Assembly: GCA_963990035.1 (NCBI GenBank)
Contig: CAXDMJ010000002.1
Span: 3,441 to 67,440, forward strand
Length of the DNA: 64,000 bases
Direction: 5' to 3'
Source of the DNA: an uncultured Candidatus Poseidoniales archaeon
GTDB taxonomy: Archaea > Thermoplasmatota > Poseidoniia > Poseidoniales > Thalassarchaeaceae
The notes beneath the pieces were generated by a model. The model searched no databases. It saw only the letters and a list, made by a program, of their open reading frames with translations, and was not told the DNA's origin. Positions 28,997-39,895 of this stretch are shown here, piece after piece. Every line of letters starts with the position of its first letter. Position 1 is the stretch's first letter. Position numbers and translations under genes: made by a program.

Positions 28997-31306
28997 ATGG
29001 TAATTGATAGTTTCATTTCTTTAACTACCAGCAAAGACCCTTTAATTTCATTATTAGAATATTATAGGGGCTCTGATATTCCAAATCAGGATGAAATATT
29101 ACTTCATTCAGGCGGACCAATAACTGATTTAGCCAAAAGATCATTTCTACCTTGTCTACAAAGTATTCGCTTATTATTCTTCGAGCCTCAGAAAGTTACT
29201 GAAGTTGAAATCTCATCTGCTATGAAAGGTCAAATAAAATTAGGATATAGTGATCCGTTGACAGTAATAATTCAGAAATATAATGATGGACGTTGGGATA
29301 CTATTGAAGAGCTAGAAGTAAAAACATTAGAGTTAGCCATTAATTTAACCAAAAAATGGGAAATCCCTGTTGAAGATTCACAAGATTTGCCTATTGTACC
29401 CGGCGGATTTACAGGGTTATTAGGTTACGATCTTAACCGTTGGTCAGTTGGTATTAAACTGGAAAACACTCCTCCTTGTGGGACCTTATTAGGCGTTTTA
29501 TGGAGAGCAGATGCCTGGTGGATTCATGAAAGAGAATCGCAACAATTGAAGTTGATTTCTACCCCTAATCATCCGTGGATTAATGAAGCAAGAACTGGAG
29601 TAATTCCATTTTGTTCAGCTTCTAGTTTTCCAGATTTAGAAAATTTTGTAGTCCCTGATTCGGAAAGCGACGCATCTCATGCAAGTAAAGTAGATTTGAT
29701 TAAAGATAGTATTCGGCAAGGGCACATATATCAATTAAATTATGGTCGAAAATGGGAAGCTAAAATGCCAGATCATCCATGGAATGCATTCCAAAGAATA
29801 ATGGCTACAAATCCTTCTCCATTCGCATCTTGGTTATATGTTCATGACCATGGTTGGAGTATAGCATCCGCAAGTCCCGAAAGACTTGTTCAAACAAAAA
29901 ATGGAATTGTATCAACTCGTCCGATTAAGGGCACATTTCCTCGAGGGAAGTCTCTTGAAGATGATAAAAGACTTCAAAATGAAATGGCATCTTCAGAAAA
30001 AGAAATTGCTGAGCACCTAATGTTAGTTGATCTTAAGAAACATGATCTGTCAAAAATATGTAAATCAGGTTCCGTACATTGGTCAGATTTTCGCATAGAA
30101 GCATTACCCACAGTCCAGCATTTAGTTAGTGGTGTATCTGGAGAATTAAAAGAGGATATTAACTATGGAAATATAATTTCGGCATTGTTTCCAGGTGGTT
30201 CCATTACCGGTTGTCCCAAAATTGCTTCAATAGCCGCAATTAATGAGATAGAAGAAAGTCCGCGAGGTGCATGGACAGGATCGATTGGTCATTTCCATTC
30301 ATCCTCTGGTATTTCAGAATTTAATATTTTGATTCGGACTTTAGAAGCCCACTCCGGGCCAATTAATTGGCATGGGAGAGTTCAGGCAGGAGGGGGCATT
30401 GTAATTGGATCAAAAGCATCTTCAGAGGTTGAAGAAGCACGATGGAAAGCCACGGCTATAACTGATGCAACATGGGGTTTTCGAACAGGTTTTTCAATTG
30501 ATGATTTACCAAAACGCAGTGTGCAAATGCTTTCTGTTCCTAATGTTGAAGGCTCTATTGGTGAACCGAAACCAAAATCAATTAATCAAGAGGGAATTAT
30601 TGGTGAAATAATCAGAGGAGAGGGTGATTCTATGTTCTCAACAGATGTCCTATTAATTGATAATCTCGATTCTTTTACAGAAAATATTGCTAACTCTTTG
30701 ACTAAGCTAGGCAAAAATGTTAGGATTGTTGAAGGACGCCCTGAGATTTCAGTAGATCCTAATGAAACAATAAAATCTTGGCTTCAAATTTTTAGACCGA
30801 AAAGTATCATTATTGGCCCCGGACCATCTCGACCCGAAAAATCGGATATAACTATGCAAATAGCTCGATTAGCAGTACAAGGTAAATTAATCGTAGATAA
30901 TTCTTATATCCCAATACTTGGTTTATGTTTAGGTCACCAAGCTCTAGGTTTGGCAATTGGCTGGAAATTAATTGAGTCTCCTTTAGGAGCTATTCACGGA
31001 CTTCCTTCAGTAATTAAACATGATAAAAATGGCCTGTATATTAATCAGAATTCTCCTTTAGTTTTAATGAGATACAATAGTCTAATTCTTCAACCAACAA
31101 ATAAGTTGATGATTTGTACTGCTTGGGATGAAACAGGAACTCTTGTTATGGGTATTAGGCATCCTATATACCCAATTTCTGGGATACAGTGCCATCCAGA
31201 GTCAGTAGGGAGCCCTCTAGGCCTGAATCTATTTTCTTCATTTTTTGATCAAAAACCTGTTCTAATTGATTCAATTCGTTCTAAAAGTCAAGTTAGTAGA
31301 CCGTAG
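28997..31306 (+). CDS. pabBA: Bifunctional aminodeoxychorismate (or anthranilate) synthase: chorismate-binding component I fused to glutamine amidotransferase component II
   Basis: 'FPGGSITGCPKIASIAAINEIE' is the chorismate-utilising signature. The C-terminal GATase has 'ILGLCLGHQALG' and 'QCHPES'. Adjacency to the pabC-like gene favours the PABA branch. Confidence 0.8.
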   Translation: MVIDSFISLTTSKDPLISLLEYYRGSDIPNQDEILLHSGGPITDLAKRSFLPCLQSIRLLFFEPQKVTEVEISSAMKGQIKLGYSDPLTVIIQKYNDGRWDTIEELEVKTLELAINLTKKWEIPVEDSQDLPIVPGGFTGLLGYDLNRWSVGIKLENTPPCGTLLGVLWRADAWWIHERESQQLKLISTPNHPWINEARTGVIPFCSASSFPDLENFVVPDSESDASHASKVDLIKDSIRQGHIYQLNYGRKWEAKMPDHPWNAFQRIMATNPSPFASWLYVHDHGWSIASASPERLVQTKNGIVSTRPIKGTFPRGKSLEDDKRLQNEMASSEKEIAEHLMLVDLKKHDLSKICKSGSVHWSDFRIEALPTVQHLVSGVSGELKEDINYGNIISALFPGGSITGCPKIASIAAINEIEESPRGAWTGSIGHFHSSSGISEFNILIRTLEAHSGPINWHGRVQAGGGIVIGSKASSEVEEARWKATAITDATWGFRTGFSIDDLPKRSVQMLSVPNVEGSIGEPKPKSINQEGIIGEIIRGEGDSMFSTDVLLIDNLDSFTENIANSLTKLGKNVRIVEGRPEISVDPNETIKSWLQIFRPKSIIIGPGPSRPEKSDITMQIARLAVQGKLIVDNSYIPILGLCLGHQALGLAIGWKLIESPLGAIHGLPSVIKHDKNGLYINQNSPLVLMRYNSLILQPTNKLMICTAWDETGTLVMGIRHPIYPISGIQCHPESVGSPLGLNLFSSFFDQKPVLIDSIRSKSQVSRP

Positions 31307-31345
31307 CCTTGAATTAGCATCTCATAGTGGGCGGGTTGAACTAAC

Positions 31346-31708
31346 ATGGCATATTGTAGGTTTTGTAAACAAAACTACCCCGAGAGTCAGTTTGTAAAGG
31401 GTAATGGTCCTAGATACTTAGTTTGTGCAAGATGTGCGATTGAGCAAGAACTTGCTGAAGTTGATGAAGTGCCAGAACTTTATTCTGATGATTTAGTTAA
31501 AGCAAGATTTTCTCTTTTCAGTCGACGATATAGATCATGGTTCGCAATAGGTACAGGTTGGACGCTTTACTTCACTCTTGGTAATGAAATAGAACTTTGG
31601 TCAAACTTATTTTTCATAACTCTAGTTCTTGGTACTCTTGCCACACCTGTATTACATTTCTTAGGAAGTTCTCGGTTTAAAGCAGAATTGTCCAAACTTA
31701 CTCCTTGA
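31346..31708 (+). CDS. Small zinc-ribbon membrane protein (hypothetical)
   Basis: 'CRFCKQ...CARCAIEQ' gives two CxxC pairs, followed by two hydrophobic helices. It lies 39 nt after pabBA. Confidence 0.4.
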   Translation: MAYCRFCKQNYPESQFVKGNGPRYLVCARCAIEQELAEVDEVPELYSDDLVKARFSLFSRRYRSWFAIGTGWTLYFTLGNEIELWSNLFFITLVLGTLATPVLHFLGSSRFKAELSKLTP

Positions 31709-31759
31709 CTCTATTTCACGAATCTTTGAAATAGGGTATACTTAGTTGAGTATGATAGA

Positions 31760-31776
31760 GGGAACAGAGGGTTCCC
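31760..31776 (+). terminator. Hairpin GGGAAC-AGAGG-GTTCCC after the small zinc-ribbon gene
   Basis: A perfect 6-bp stem 52 nt after the stop. It is not oligo-T, so a terminator role is uncertain. Confidence 0.2.
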
Positions 31777-32023
31777 TAAGAAAGCCCGCGAGATTGGATG
31801 ATGAATAAGGAGGAGTTGAATAAATTAAAAAATATTTTTTAAATTTCTTAGATAAGCGCAGTATAGCGTTTTTCATGTAATTTAGACGATTATTCAACTT
31901 ACTTTTCTTAAACATCCTTACCTCCCGAATAGATAGTTTATACATATTACAGGTGTGAGCATTTTTCGGAAAGAGAGAACAGCGGGTACTCTACAACTAA
32001 ATTTTTAAGGAAGTGAAAAGAAA

Positions 32024-33556
<1,533 letters not shown>

Positions 33557-33661
33557 TTGAAAGATTGGATAACAGATTATTTTGCTAGCCTGCAACATTG
33601 TAATGAATGCAGCGACAGACTCCCCTAGGGCGATTTAGTCCTAGGGTGAGTCGCAACATTT

Positions 33662-34666
33662 TCAAAAATCAAACAAAGTTGGTTGACTTTCAGATTTCAG
33701 TCGATTAGCATTAGCTAGCCTAGTTACTGCTCTAGATATTCTTTTTTCACTAAAACCTCTTGATTTAGCGAATACCTGAATATTTTCTTCTATTGATTTT
33801 GAGGATTCAGGCAGTGGTATAGGATGTACTGGATGTTTTGTGAATAGTGCTCTTATCTCTTCTAGATTTTCTGGTAAATCAAACTCCTTGGCAATTGAAA
33901 CTTCTTCCATTGTCCCATGCTTCTTAATTAACTTCAATCCTGTTTTTGGACCTATACCCTTTATTCCAGGATGGAAATCTGTTCCAATCATAATACCCAG
34001 GTCAACTAATTGCTCATACGTTATTTCATGCATTTCCAGCATTTCACTTAGAATAATTTTTTCTGCTTGTAAGACTCTTCCGAATTTACGTGTACCATGA
34101 GATGTAAGATTTCGAATCATTATAGGTGCACCATAAAGCAGAGTATCCCAATCTTGACTAGCCACTGCAAAGACTTCGTTATTTCTACAACGTACTGCTG
34201 CAGCGCCCTCTGCTTCCATTGGTGCTTCTAACCAAGTAACTCCCAAGCAATCAAATAATTCTTTAGTTTCTGCAACCATTTCCCTAGTATATTCTGCAGT
34301 TTGTGGTCCTAATTTTTTGGCGGCAACCATATCTCCAGCCTCAATAGCTGCTTCCCATTTTACAACTGCGTTAATTTTTCTTTCTTTCCTCCCTCCTAAT
34401 GTTTCCATCTTTAGTTGATGTGGTTTTCCATCAAAAATGAAAACAGGATCAATCCCTTCTTCAATCATTATTGTTGCTCTATCTAAGAATCCCATAAGAT
34501 GTGCTACTGGCTTATTATTGTAGGATAATGGTTTCCCATCTTGGCCCGTTAGACTAGTGATAAACTGATAGGCATTAAGGAATACATCTATGGCAACCTT
34601 TTGACCCTTTAGTTCGCTAAAATTGATAGATTGTGCTGGTGCTAAGTCTCTCAAATTACAGCCCAT
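33662..34666 (-). CDS. fen: Flap endonuclease 1 (FEN-1)
   Basis: 334 aa. N-terminal 'FSELKGQKVAIDVFLNAYQFI' and the FEN-1 'GIGPKTGLKLIKKHG' H3TH region. Confidence 0.9.
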   Translation of the reverse strand: MGCNLRDLAPAQSINFSELKGQKVAIDVFLNAYQFITSLTGQDGKPLSYNNKPVAHLMGFLDRATIMIEEGIDPVFIFDGKPHQLKMETLGGRKERKINAVVKWEAAIEAGDMVAAKKLGPQTAEYTREMVAETKELFDCLGVTWLEAPMEAEGAAAVRCRNNEVFAVASQDWDTLLYGAPIMIRNLTSHGTRKFGRVLQAEKIILSEMLEMHEITYEQLVDLGIMIGTDFHPGIKGIGPKTGLKLIKKHGTMEEVSIAKEFDLPENLEEIRALFTKHPVHPIPLPESSKSIEENIQVFAKSRGFSEKRISRAVTRLANANRLKSESQPTLFDF

Positions 34667-34750
34667 AGTAGTCTCGCCCCCTCTTCTTCACGCTATGGAC
34701 GACGTCGAGGCATTTAGGGTTGAAGTCTTACACGAGTAGACATAGGTGAT

Positions 34751-35890
34751 GTGATGACTGGAACTATTCTTCTTGGTAGTGGATGGCACCCATTTCTTTT
34801 TAGATCAGAAATTACTGCATTATTTGGAGATTTTAAGACCCTACATCCTCGTCTAGTTTTACTTAACCAATCAATAGATGAAAAGCTTCTTTCACGTTTA
34901 TCCAGAGCTGCTTTAGTAGATGATTTACTCCATTTTGGAGGTTATTCGAATGGTACTGATTTTAATATAATTTCTCAAGAAATATCCAATTGGTCCAAAG
35001 AGAATTTACCCTCTGGTAGTTTTGCAGTAAGAAGTAAGAAGCTTGGCTCAGGGATCGAAAGTATTTCTAGAAGAGAATTAGAAAAAGAAGTAGGTGCTCA
35101 ATTATTTTCCAAAAAGAATCCAGTTAATCTTCAAAATCCTCAATATGAGATTGTCATAATAGTTGCAGGTAAAGTAGACGGTGAAGTACATTGGGATTCT
35201 GTTGAAGTTACTCCATGTGTTATTTGGGGTATACGGGAAAATAAATGGGAGAAAACAAATTATATTGGCAGACAACCTATGGAAAGACCTTTTTTCAAAC
35301 CAATATCACTTGAACCTAGACTCGCTAAATTATTGATATCACTTGCCCATAGAGAAGTTATTACTCCACAAATTATGATTGATCCATTTTGTGGTACTGG
35401 TGGTATAGCAATTGAAGCGCTTATTCAGGGTATGGACATATTCGCTAGCGATTTAGATCCAACAATGGTTTATGGTACTAAAAAGAATTTATCTTGGGCT
35501 AATAAAGATGATAAAAGTATAATTAAAGTTGAGAAATATAGCGTGAAGAATATTGCAGATTTATGGGGTGAAAATGAAAATTGTATCTTTGTATTCGATC
35601 CACCATATGGACGAAATGCTTGGAAATCAGATGATGGTTTGGAATTATTTCTTTCTGCACTCGAACAGGCGCTAAAGATTGATTCTAAATCAGTAATTTC
35701 TACTATGTTACCTGCCGGCTCTGAGTCACTTGCGAATAATCCTGATATAGATTATATTGTGATGGGTCGTCCTTGGAGTGAAATTGAAAGAGAAATAAAT
35801 GAAAGAGGCTGGAGAGTTGATCTAAAATCACCTGTCAAAGTTCACAAGAGTTTAGCACGAATGGTTGTTGTCTGCCATCCGTTGCATTGA
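34751..35890 (+). CDS. trm11: tRNA (guanine10-N2)-methyltransferase, Trm11/Trm-G10 type (THUMP + MTase)
   Basis: Motif I 'IDPFCGTGGIAIEA' and motif IV 'VFDPPYG'. The size and N-terminal domain fit the archaeal Trm-G10 family. Confidence 0.75.
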   Translation: MMTGTILLGSGWHPFLFRSEITALFGDFKTLHPRLVLLNQSIDEKLLSRLSRAALVDDLLHFGGYSNGTDFNIISQEISNWSKENLPSGSFAVRSKKLGSGIESISRRELEKEVGAQLFSKKNPVNLQNPQYEIVIIVAGKVDGEVHWDSVEVTPCVIWGIRENKWEKTNYIGRQPMERPFFKPISLEPRLAKLLISLAHREVITPQIMIDPFCGTGGIAIEALIQGMDIFASDLDPTMVYGTKKNLSWANKDDKSIIKVEKYSVKNIADLWGENENCIFVFDPPYGRNAWKSDDGLELFLSALEQALKIDSKSVISTMLPAGSESLANNPDIDYIVMGRPWSEIEREINERGWRVDLKSPVKVHKSLARMVVVCHPLH

Positions 35891-35919
35891 AATCAGATTC
35901 CCTTGCACGTCTATTTACT

Positions 35920-35994
35920 GGGCTGTTAGTTTAGCGGATAAAATGGGGGGTTTCGGACCCCTTGCCCCGGGTTCGAATCCTGGACGGCCCGCCA
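35920..35994 (+). tRNA. tRNA-Arg (anticodon UCG), 75 nt with encoded CCA
   Basis: Hand-folded cloverleaf. Acceptor GGGCTGT/ACGGCCC (one G-U pair), anticodon stem GGGGG/CCCCT, loop 'TTTCGGA', T-arm CCGGG-TTCGAAT-CCTGG, discriminator G. Confidence 0.85.
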
Positions 35995-36000
35995 TATATT

Positions 36001-36040
36001 CACTTCATTGAAATTATTTTGTTTTGTTTTTCTTCATTGT
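36001..36040 (+). terminator. Oligo-T tract downstream of tRNA-Arg (archaeal-type terminator)
   Basis: 'ttattttgttttgtttttcttc'. Confidence 0.3.
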
Positions 36041-36102
36041 TTCATCATACTATTCTTGATAAAGTAGTGAGTATATACATAACCAATTGGTAAAATTATT
36101 GT

Positions 36103-37212
36103 TTAATTTCTTTCCCATTTAGTAATGGTATCGTTACCTGAAATTATTTCATTTTTCATAACTAGTCCCGCAGCTTCAAGGTGACCTTTATTGAAGTAAT
36201 ATTTATTTTTAGCATCCAGTTCTATTTTTGATATACAAAGATGGGCTGAATCTACTAGTTTTTCTTCTAAGAAACGCTTCCAAGTTTCTAATCCTCCTTC
36301 TACTAATAGTGTTTGAACTTCTAAATCTCCTAAGCAATCCAGTATCTTCTTAACATCTATTTCTCCATTTTCAGATGGTAAAACAATTCTATTGACATGT
36401 TCTTTATCATTAGTCGAATCATATTTTTCCGCATTAATTAGATATGTTTCAGCATTAGGGGTTGTCATTAAGTAACAATCATTTGGAATTCTATTTTTTG
36501 GATCAATTACAACTCTTTTTGGTGTAATGTCATTAGCAGAACTCTTCCCCTCTCTCACTGTCAACTTAGGATCATCTCTGATTACTGTATTTACTCCAAC
36601 AACTATAGCCATCGAGTCTCTTCTTATTTCATGCACTATCTCTAATGACTCCTTTGATGAAAACCTCACAGCAGGCTTTTCTGGATCTCCATCTATTCTT
36701 CCATTATTATCTGTGGCTGCTTTTAGAAGTACATACGGTCTTCTATATTTACACCAATGCATGAATGCAGACATTTGCTGATTGCATTCTTTTTCTAAAA
36801 CACCAATTTCAACATCTATCCCTTCTCTTTTCAGAGCCTCTAAACCTCCTCCTCTAACAGTAGGATTAGGATCAGCAGCTCCGATTACTACCTTCTTCAC
36901 TCCAGCCCACATTAATGCTTCACTACAAGGAGGAGTTCTTCCGAAATGATTGCATGGTTCGAGAGTTACGTAGGCAATAGCTCCTTGAGTTTCTACACCT
37001 CTAGATTCAGCGTCAGCGATTGCCATTTGCTCGGCATGAAGTCCACCAATATGGTCATGCCATCCTTCGGCAATGATACCTCCATTCCTCACTAAGACAC
37101 AACCAACAAGTGGATTTGGTCTGACTGAATACCTTCCTTTTTCTGCTAATTCAATAGCTCGACGCATGAAATCTTCATCGTCCATAGGATGTCCTCTAAA
37201 CGTTCGAAACAT
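36103..37212 (-). CDS. ribD: Bifunctional riboflavin biosynthesis protein RibD (pyrimidine deaminase + reductase)
   Basis: Deaminase zinc motifs 'HAEQMA' and 'PCNHFGRTPPC'. The C-terminal ~200 aa form a reductase domain. Confidence 0.85.
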   Translation of the reverse strand: MFRTFRGHPMDDEDFMRRAIELAEKGRYSVRPNPLVGCVLVRNGGIIAEGWHDHIGGLHAEQMAIADAESRGVETQGAIAYVTLEPCNHFGRTPPCSEALMWAGVKKVVIGAADPNPTVRGGGLEALKREGIDVEIGVLEKECNQQMSAFMHWCKYRRPYVLLKAATDNNGRIDGDPEKPAVRFSSKESLEIVHEIRRDSMAIVVGVNTVIRDDPKLTVREGKSSANDITPKRVVIDPKNRIPNDCYLMTTPNAETYLINAEKYDSTNDKEHVNRIVLPSENGEIDVKKILDCLGDLEVQTLLVEGGLETWKRFLEEKLVDSAHLCISKIELDAKNKYYFNKGHLEAAGLVMKNEIISGNDTITKWERN

Positions 37213-37234
37213 ACTTTACTCATGATTCCTCGCT

Positions 37235-38320
37235 TTGGGAGCATTCAAGTCCCAACTCCTTACTGATGTAATCATGACACGTATTGCCTGCATCCTCAAT
37301 CCCAAGGCCAGAGATGGATTATCGATGAAACAATGGGATTTATTCGAACCTGCTTTGAAAGATTCAGGATTTGAAATTGATCTGCATCATACTGAATATT
37401 CAGGCCATGCTACAGAGATAGCTCATAGCCTAATTGATGGCGATTATCAACTTGTAGTTGCAGTTGGAGGCGATGGAACTGTACATGAAGTAGCATCAGG
37501 TCTTAGAGGGTCAAAGATGACATTAGGCATTCTACCAATAGGTAGTGGCAATGATTATGCAAGAGCACATGGAATCCCAATTCCTCGAGGCAAAAAGTTT
37601 CCTGATATGCAAGGAGCAGTAGATATTCTAGTCAACGGAACCGATAGAAAGGTCGGTGCAGTTAGAGTTGAAGGACTTCCTGCTAATGGCCATCATAGTA
37701 TTCCTGATCCTAAACACCATCCTGTAGACGGTCCACCAGAAGTGGATGGAAATATGGTTCGTTGGAGTTTCTTAGAGGTAGATAGTGGAGTTACATCTGC
37801 AGTTAATCGTATGAAAAATGAGGGTAAATTCAAATGGATTAGGGGGCAAATGAAGTATACTTTTTTAGGGATAAGGGCAATACTTGGTTGGAAAAAACAA
37901 CAAGGTTGGATAAAAGTAGATGATGAACCCGGTCGGATAATAGAATTTTCAGGATTATTCTGTCTTTCTCAATGTCAGACATTTGGTGGAGGATTCAAAG
38001 TTACACCAGGGGCATCTCCAATTCAAAATCATGGTTCTCTAATTTTGGCTTTTGGTTTATCTAAAATCCAGATGCTTCTAATAATGGGACCATTAGAAAA
38101 GGGGACTCATATAGGGAAATGGGGTAAAATTAGTATGCAACCGTCAAAATCTCTCGAAGTTAGAGCAGTGGATAAAGATGGTAATCCCTCCAATAAAAGT
38201 CATAATCCTAGAATGTTCGTTAATGTTGATGGAGAAGCGGTTCTAACAACTCCTGTTTCAATGAAATATCATGAGGATCAGATTACTGTCCGTGGAGCCT
38301 CTTCGATTCCTAATGAGTGA
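37235..38320 (+). CDS. Lipid kinase of the diacylglycerol-kinase catalytic family (YegS/BmrU-like)
   Basis: 'VVAVGGDGTVHEVASGL' and 'LGILPIGSGNDYAR' are DAGK_cat signatures. The start may be the internal Met at about 37274. Confidence 0.75.
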   Translation: MGAFKSQLLTDVIMTRIACILNPKARDGLSMKQWDLFEPALKDSGFEIDLHHTEYSGHATEIAHSLIDGDYQLVVAVGGDGTVHEVASGLRGSKMTLGILPIGSGNDYARAHGIPIPRGKKFPDMQGAVDILVNGTDRKVGAVRVEGLPANGHHSIPDPKHHPVDGPPEVDGNMVRWSFLEVDSGVTSAVNRMKNEGKFKWIRGQMKYTFLGIRAILGWKKQQGWIKVDDEPGRIIEFSGLFCLSQCQTFGGGFKVTPGASPIQNHGSLILAFGLSKIQMLLIMGPLEKGTHIGKWGKISMQPSKSLEVRAVDKDGNPSNKSHNPRMFVNVDGEAVLTTPVSMKYHEDQITVRGASSIPNE

Positions 38321-38330
38321 TTAGATAGAG

Positions 38331-38416
38331 TGGCGCCGAGAGAGGGATTTGAACCCCCGAGTCCTATGGACAGTGGATTTCAAATCCACCGCAATACCGG
38401 GCTATGCGATCTCGGC
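38331..38416 (-). tRNA. tRNA-Ser (anticodon UGA), 86 nt with long variable arm and encoded CCA
   Basis: The reverse complement folds as acceptor GCCGAGA/TCTCGGC, anticodon stem GTGGA/TCCAC with loop 'TTTGAAA', a variable arm with GTCC/GGAC stem, and T-arm GGGGG-TTCAAAT-CCCTC. Discriminator G. Confidence 0.85.
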
Positions 38417-38459
38417 CGCGCTCTATCGAATCACTCATTAGACATGAACTTTACAACCT

Positions 38460-38819
38460 TTAATTGTAGTATCCAGGTCTGCACCACTCTGGTAATCCAG
38501 TAGTAGCTTCAGGGTGTGTTAATCCGATGAATAGTATCATGACTATAATAAAAAATGAAGGGAATAGTGCAGTTAGAGTAAGTATTTTTGAATCTTCATC
38601 ACCCCATAAATGCATAAAAATAGCTGCAATCATTATGAATTTAGGTATACCAATACCAACTAATATCAGTAAAGTTAATTTTTTCTCGGTATAACCCAGT
38701 CCAGTAGCTTCAGGAGATAAATCCAAACCTACTGCTGCAACCTCAATTAAAGTTAAAATCATTAATCCAAAGAAATTCATCCAGTAGGGATCTCGTCCCA
38801 TTATTGTGTAATGTGCCAT
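38460..38819 (-). CDS. Small 3-4 TM membrane protein, putative cytochrome oxidase subunit IV-like component
   Basis: 119 aa, hydrophobic, and directly downstream of coxC in the same operon. Confidence 0.4.
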   Translation of the reverse strand: MAHYTIMGRDPYWMNFFGLMILTLIEVAAVGLDLSPEATGLGYTEKKLTLLILVGIGIPKFIMIAAIFMHLWGDEDSKILTLTALFPSFFIIVMILFIGLTHPEATTGLPEWCRPGYYN

Positions 38820-38830
38820 TTTTTTTCACC

Positions 38831-39895
38831 TCAATATAGATAGAAGAATGGGAATACTAGTACCCAAACTAAGTCGACAAAGTGCCAGTATAGACCAAAG
38901 TATTCAATCGACACTGCATTCTTTGGAGTATATCCTCCAGTCCAAGCTTTGAAAGTCATATAGGTCAATCCTATTATTCCTCCAAAGACGTGAACTCCAT
39001 GTGTCCCAGTCGTTACATAGAAAGTAGATGCACTAACGCTGATATCTGCAAGCATAGTTGCTCCTGTTGCTTCATCTACCCAATCATGATGATGGTAATG
39101 ATCTGCATTAATCAGATAACCCTCAGAATATAATGAATGAATATGATGTTCGTGTATTCCTAGTAATTCAATTTCAGGAACATAGAAACCAATGAACCAT
39201 TCAGTCATCTTTAGGATAAGGAATATTATTGCTAGAACCCATGTACTTCCAAGATATCGGAAAACTCTCTTTCTACGGACTTCTTCATCGACAGTTCCTA
39301 ATGGTTTCTTTGCCCAACGAAGTGCCTGAACAATTGTAAATGATGAAATAATTAGAGCGAATGTATTAATCGCCCCTGGTGCTATATGCCACATGCTTGA
39401 TGCAATTAGATGACTTGCTGGTTCAAAGCATATTAGAGCTTCACCAGCTTCTAAAGTATATCCTTGTTCAACCCAAAGACCCTCATCAAAGACTGTTTGA
39501 CAATTTCTTATTCCGGTACGGTATCTGATGTATGTGCTAAATAGTGATGTGAAAACCATCATTTCTGACATTAAGAATACCCAAATAGAGACTTTACGAA
39601 TTTCAATATTTTTGAATGGTGCACCTGTTGCCATTGGTTCATATGTACCATCAAAAGACATATCCTGTCTCCACCAAATAATTAATCCAATCAGTGAAAC
39701 TAGAAGTCCAACGAAAACTAGAGGTAAGTAACTTGCATCAAAAACACCTTTTGTAAAAGCACTAGCCAGCATAAACAAGAAAATTCCAAAACCTATACTC
39801 ATAATCAAAGGAGCCCATGAATTGTGTGGTGCTCCATGATTCCAATCATGTGGCCCCCACGCACTTGGATGGTGATGTTCATCGTGATCGCTCAA
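38831..39895 (-). CDS. coxC: Cytochrome c oxidase subunit III
   Basis: The C-terminal 'GLYWHFVDLVWVLVFPFFY' is the COX3 signature. Its start overlaps the coxA stop by 4 nt. Confidence 0.85.
   Translation of the reverse strand: MSDHDEHHHPSAWGPHDWNHGAPHNSWAPLIMSIGFGIFLFMLASAFTKGVFDASYLPLVFVGLLVSLIGLIIWWRQDMSFDGTYEPMATGAPFKNIEIRKVSIWVFLMSEMMVFTSLFSTYIRYRTGIRNCQTVFDEGLWVEQGYTLEAGEALICFEPASHLIASSMWHIAPGAINTFALIISSFTIVQALRWAKKPLGTVDEEVRRKRVFRYLGSTWVLAIIFLILKMTEWFIGFYVPEIELLGIHEHHIHSLYSEGYLINADHYHHHDWVDEATGATMLADISVSASTFYVTTGTHGVHVFGGIIGLTYMTFKAWTGGYTPKNAVSIEYFGLYWHFVDLVWVLVFPFFYLY

Noticed and set aside
31742-31945. 67-aa minus-strand ORF in the AT-rich spacer
   Set aside because: It is a Lys/Asn/Ile-rich product of AT-rich DNA, with no start context and no similarity.
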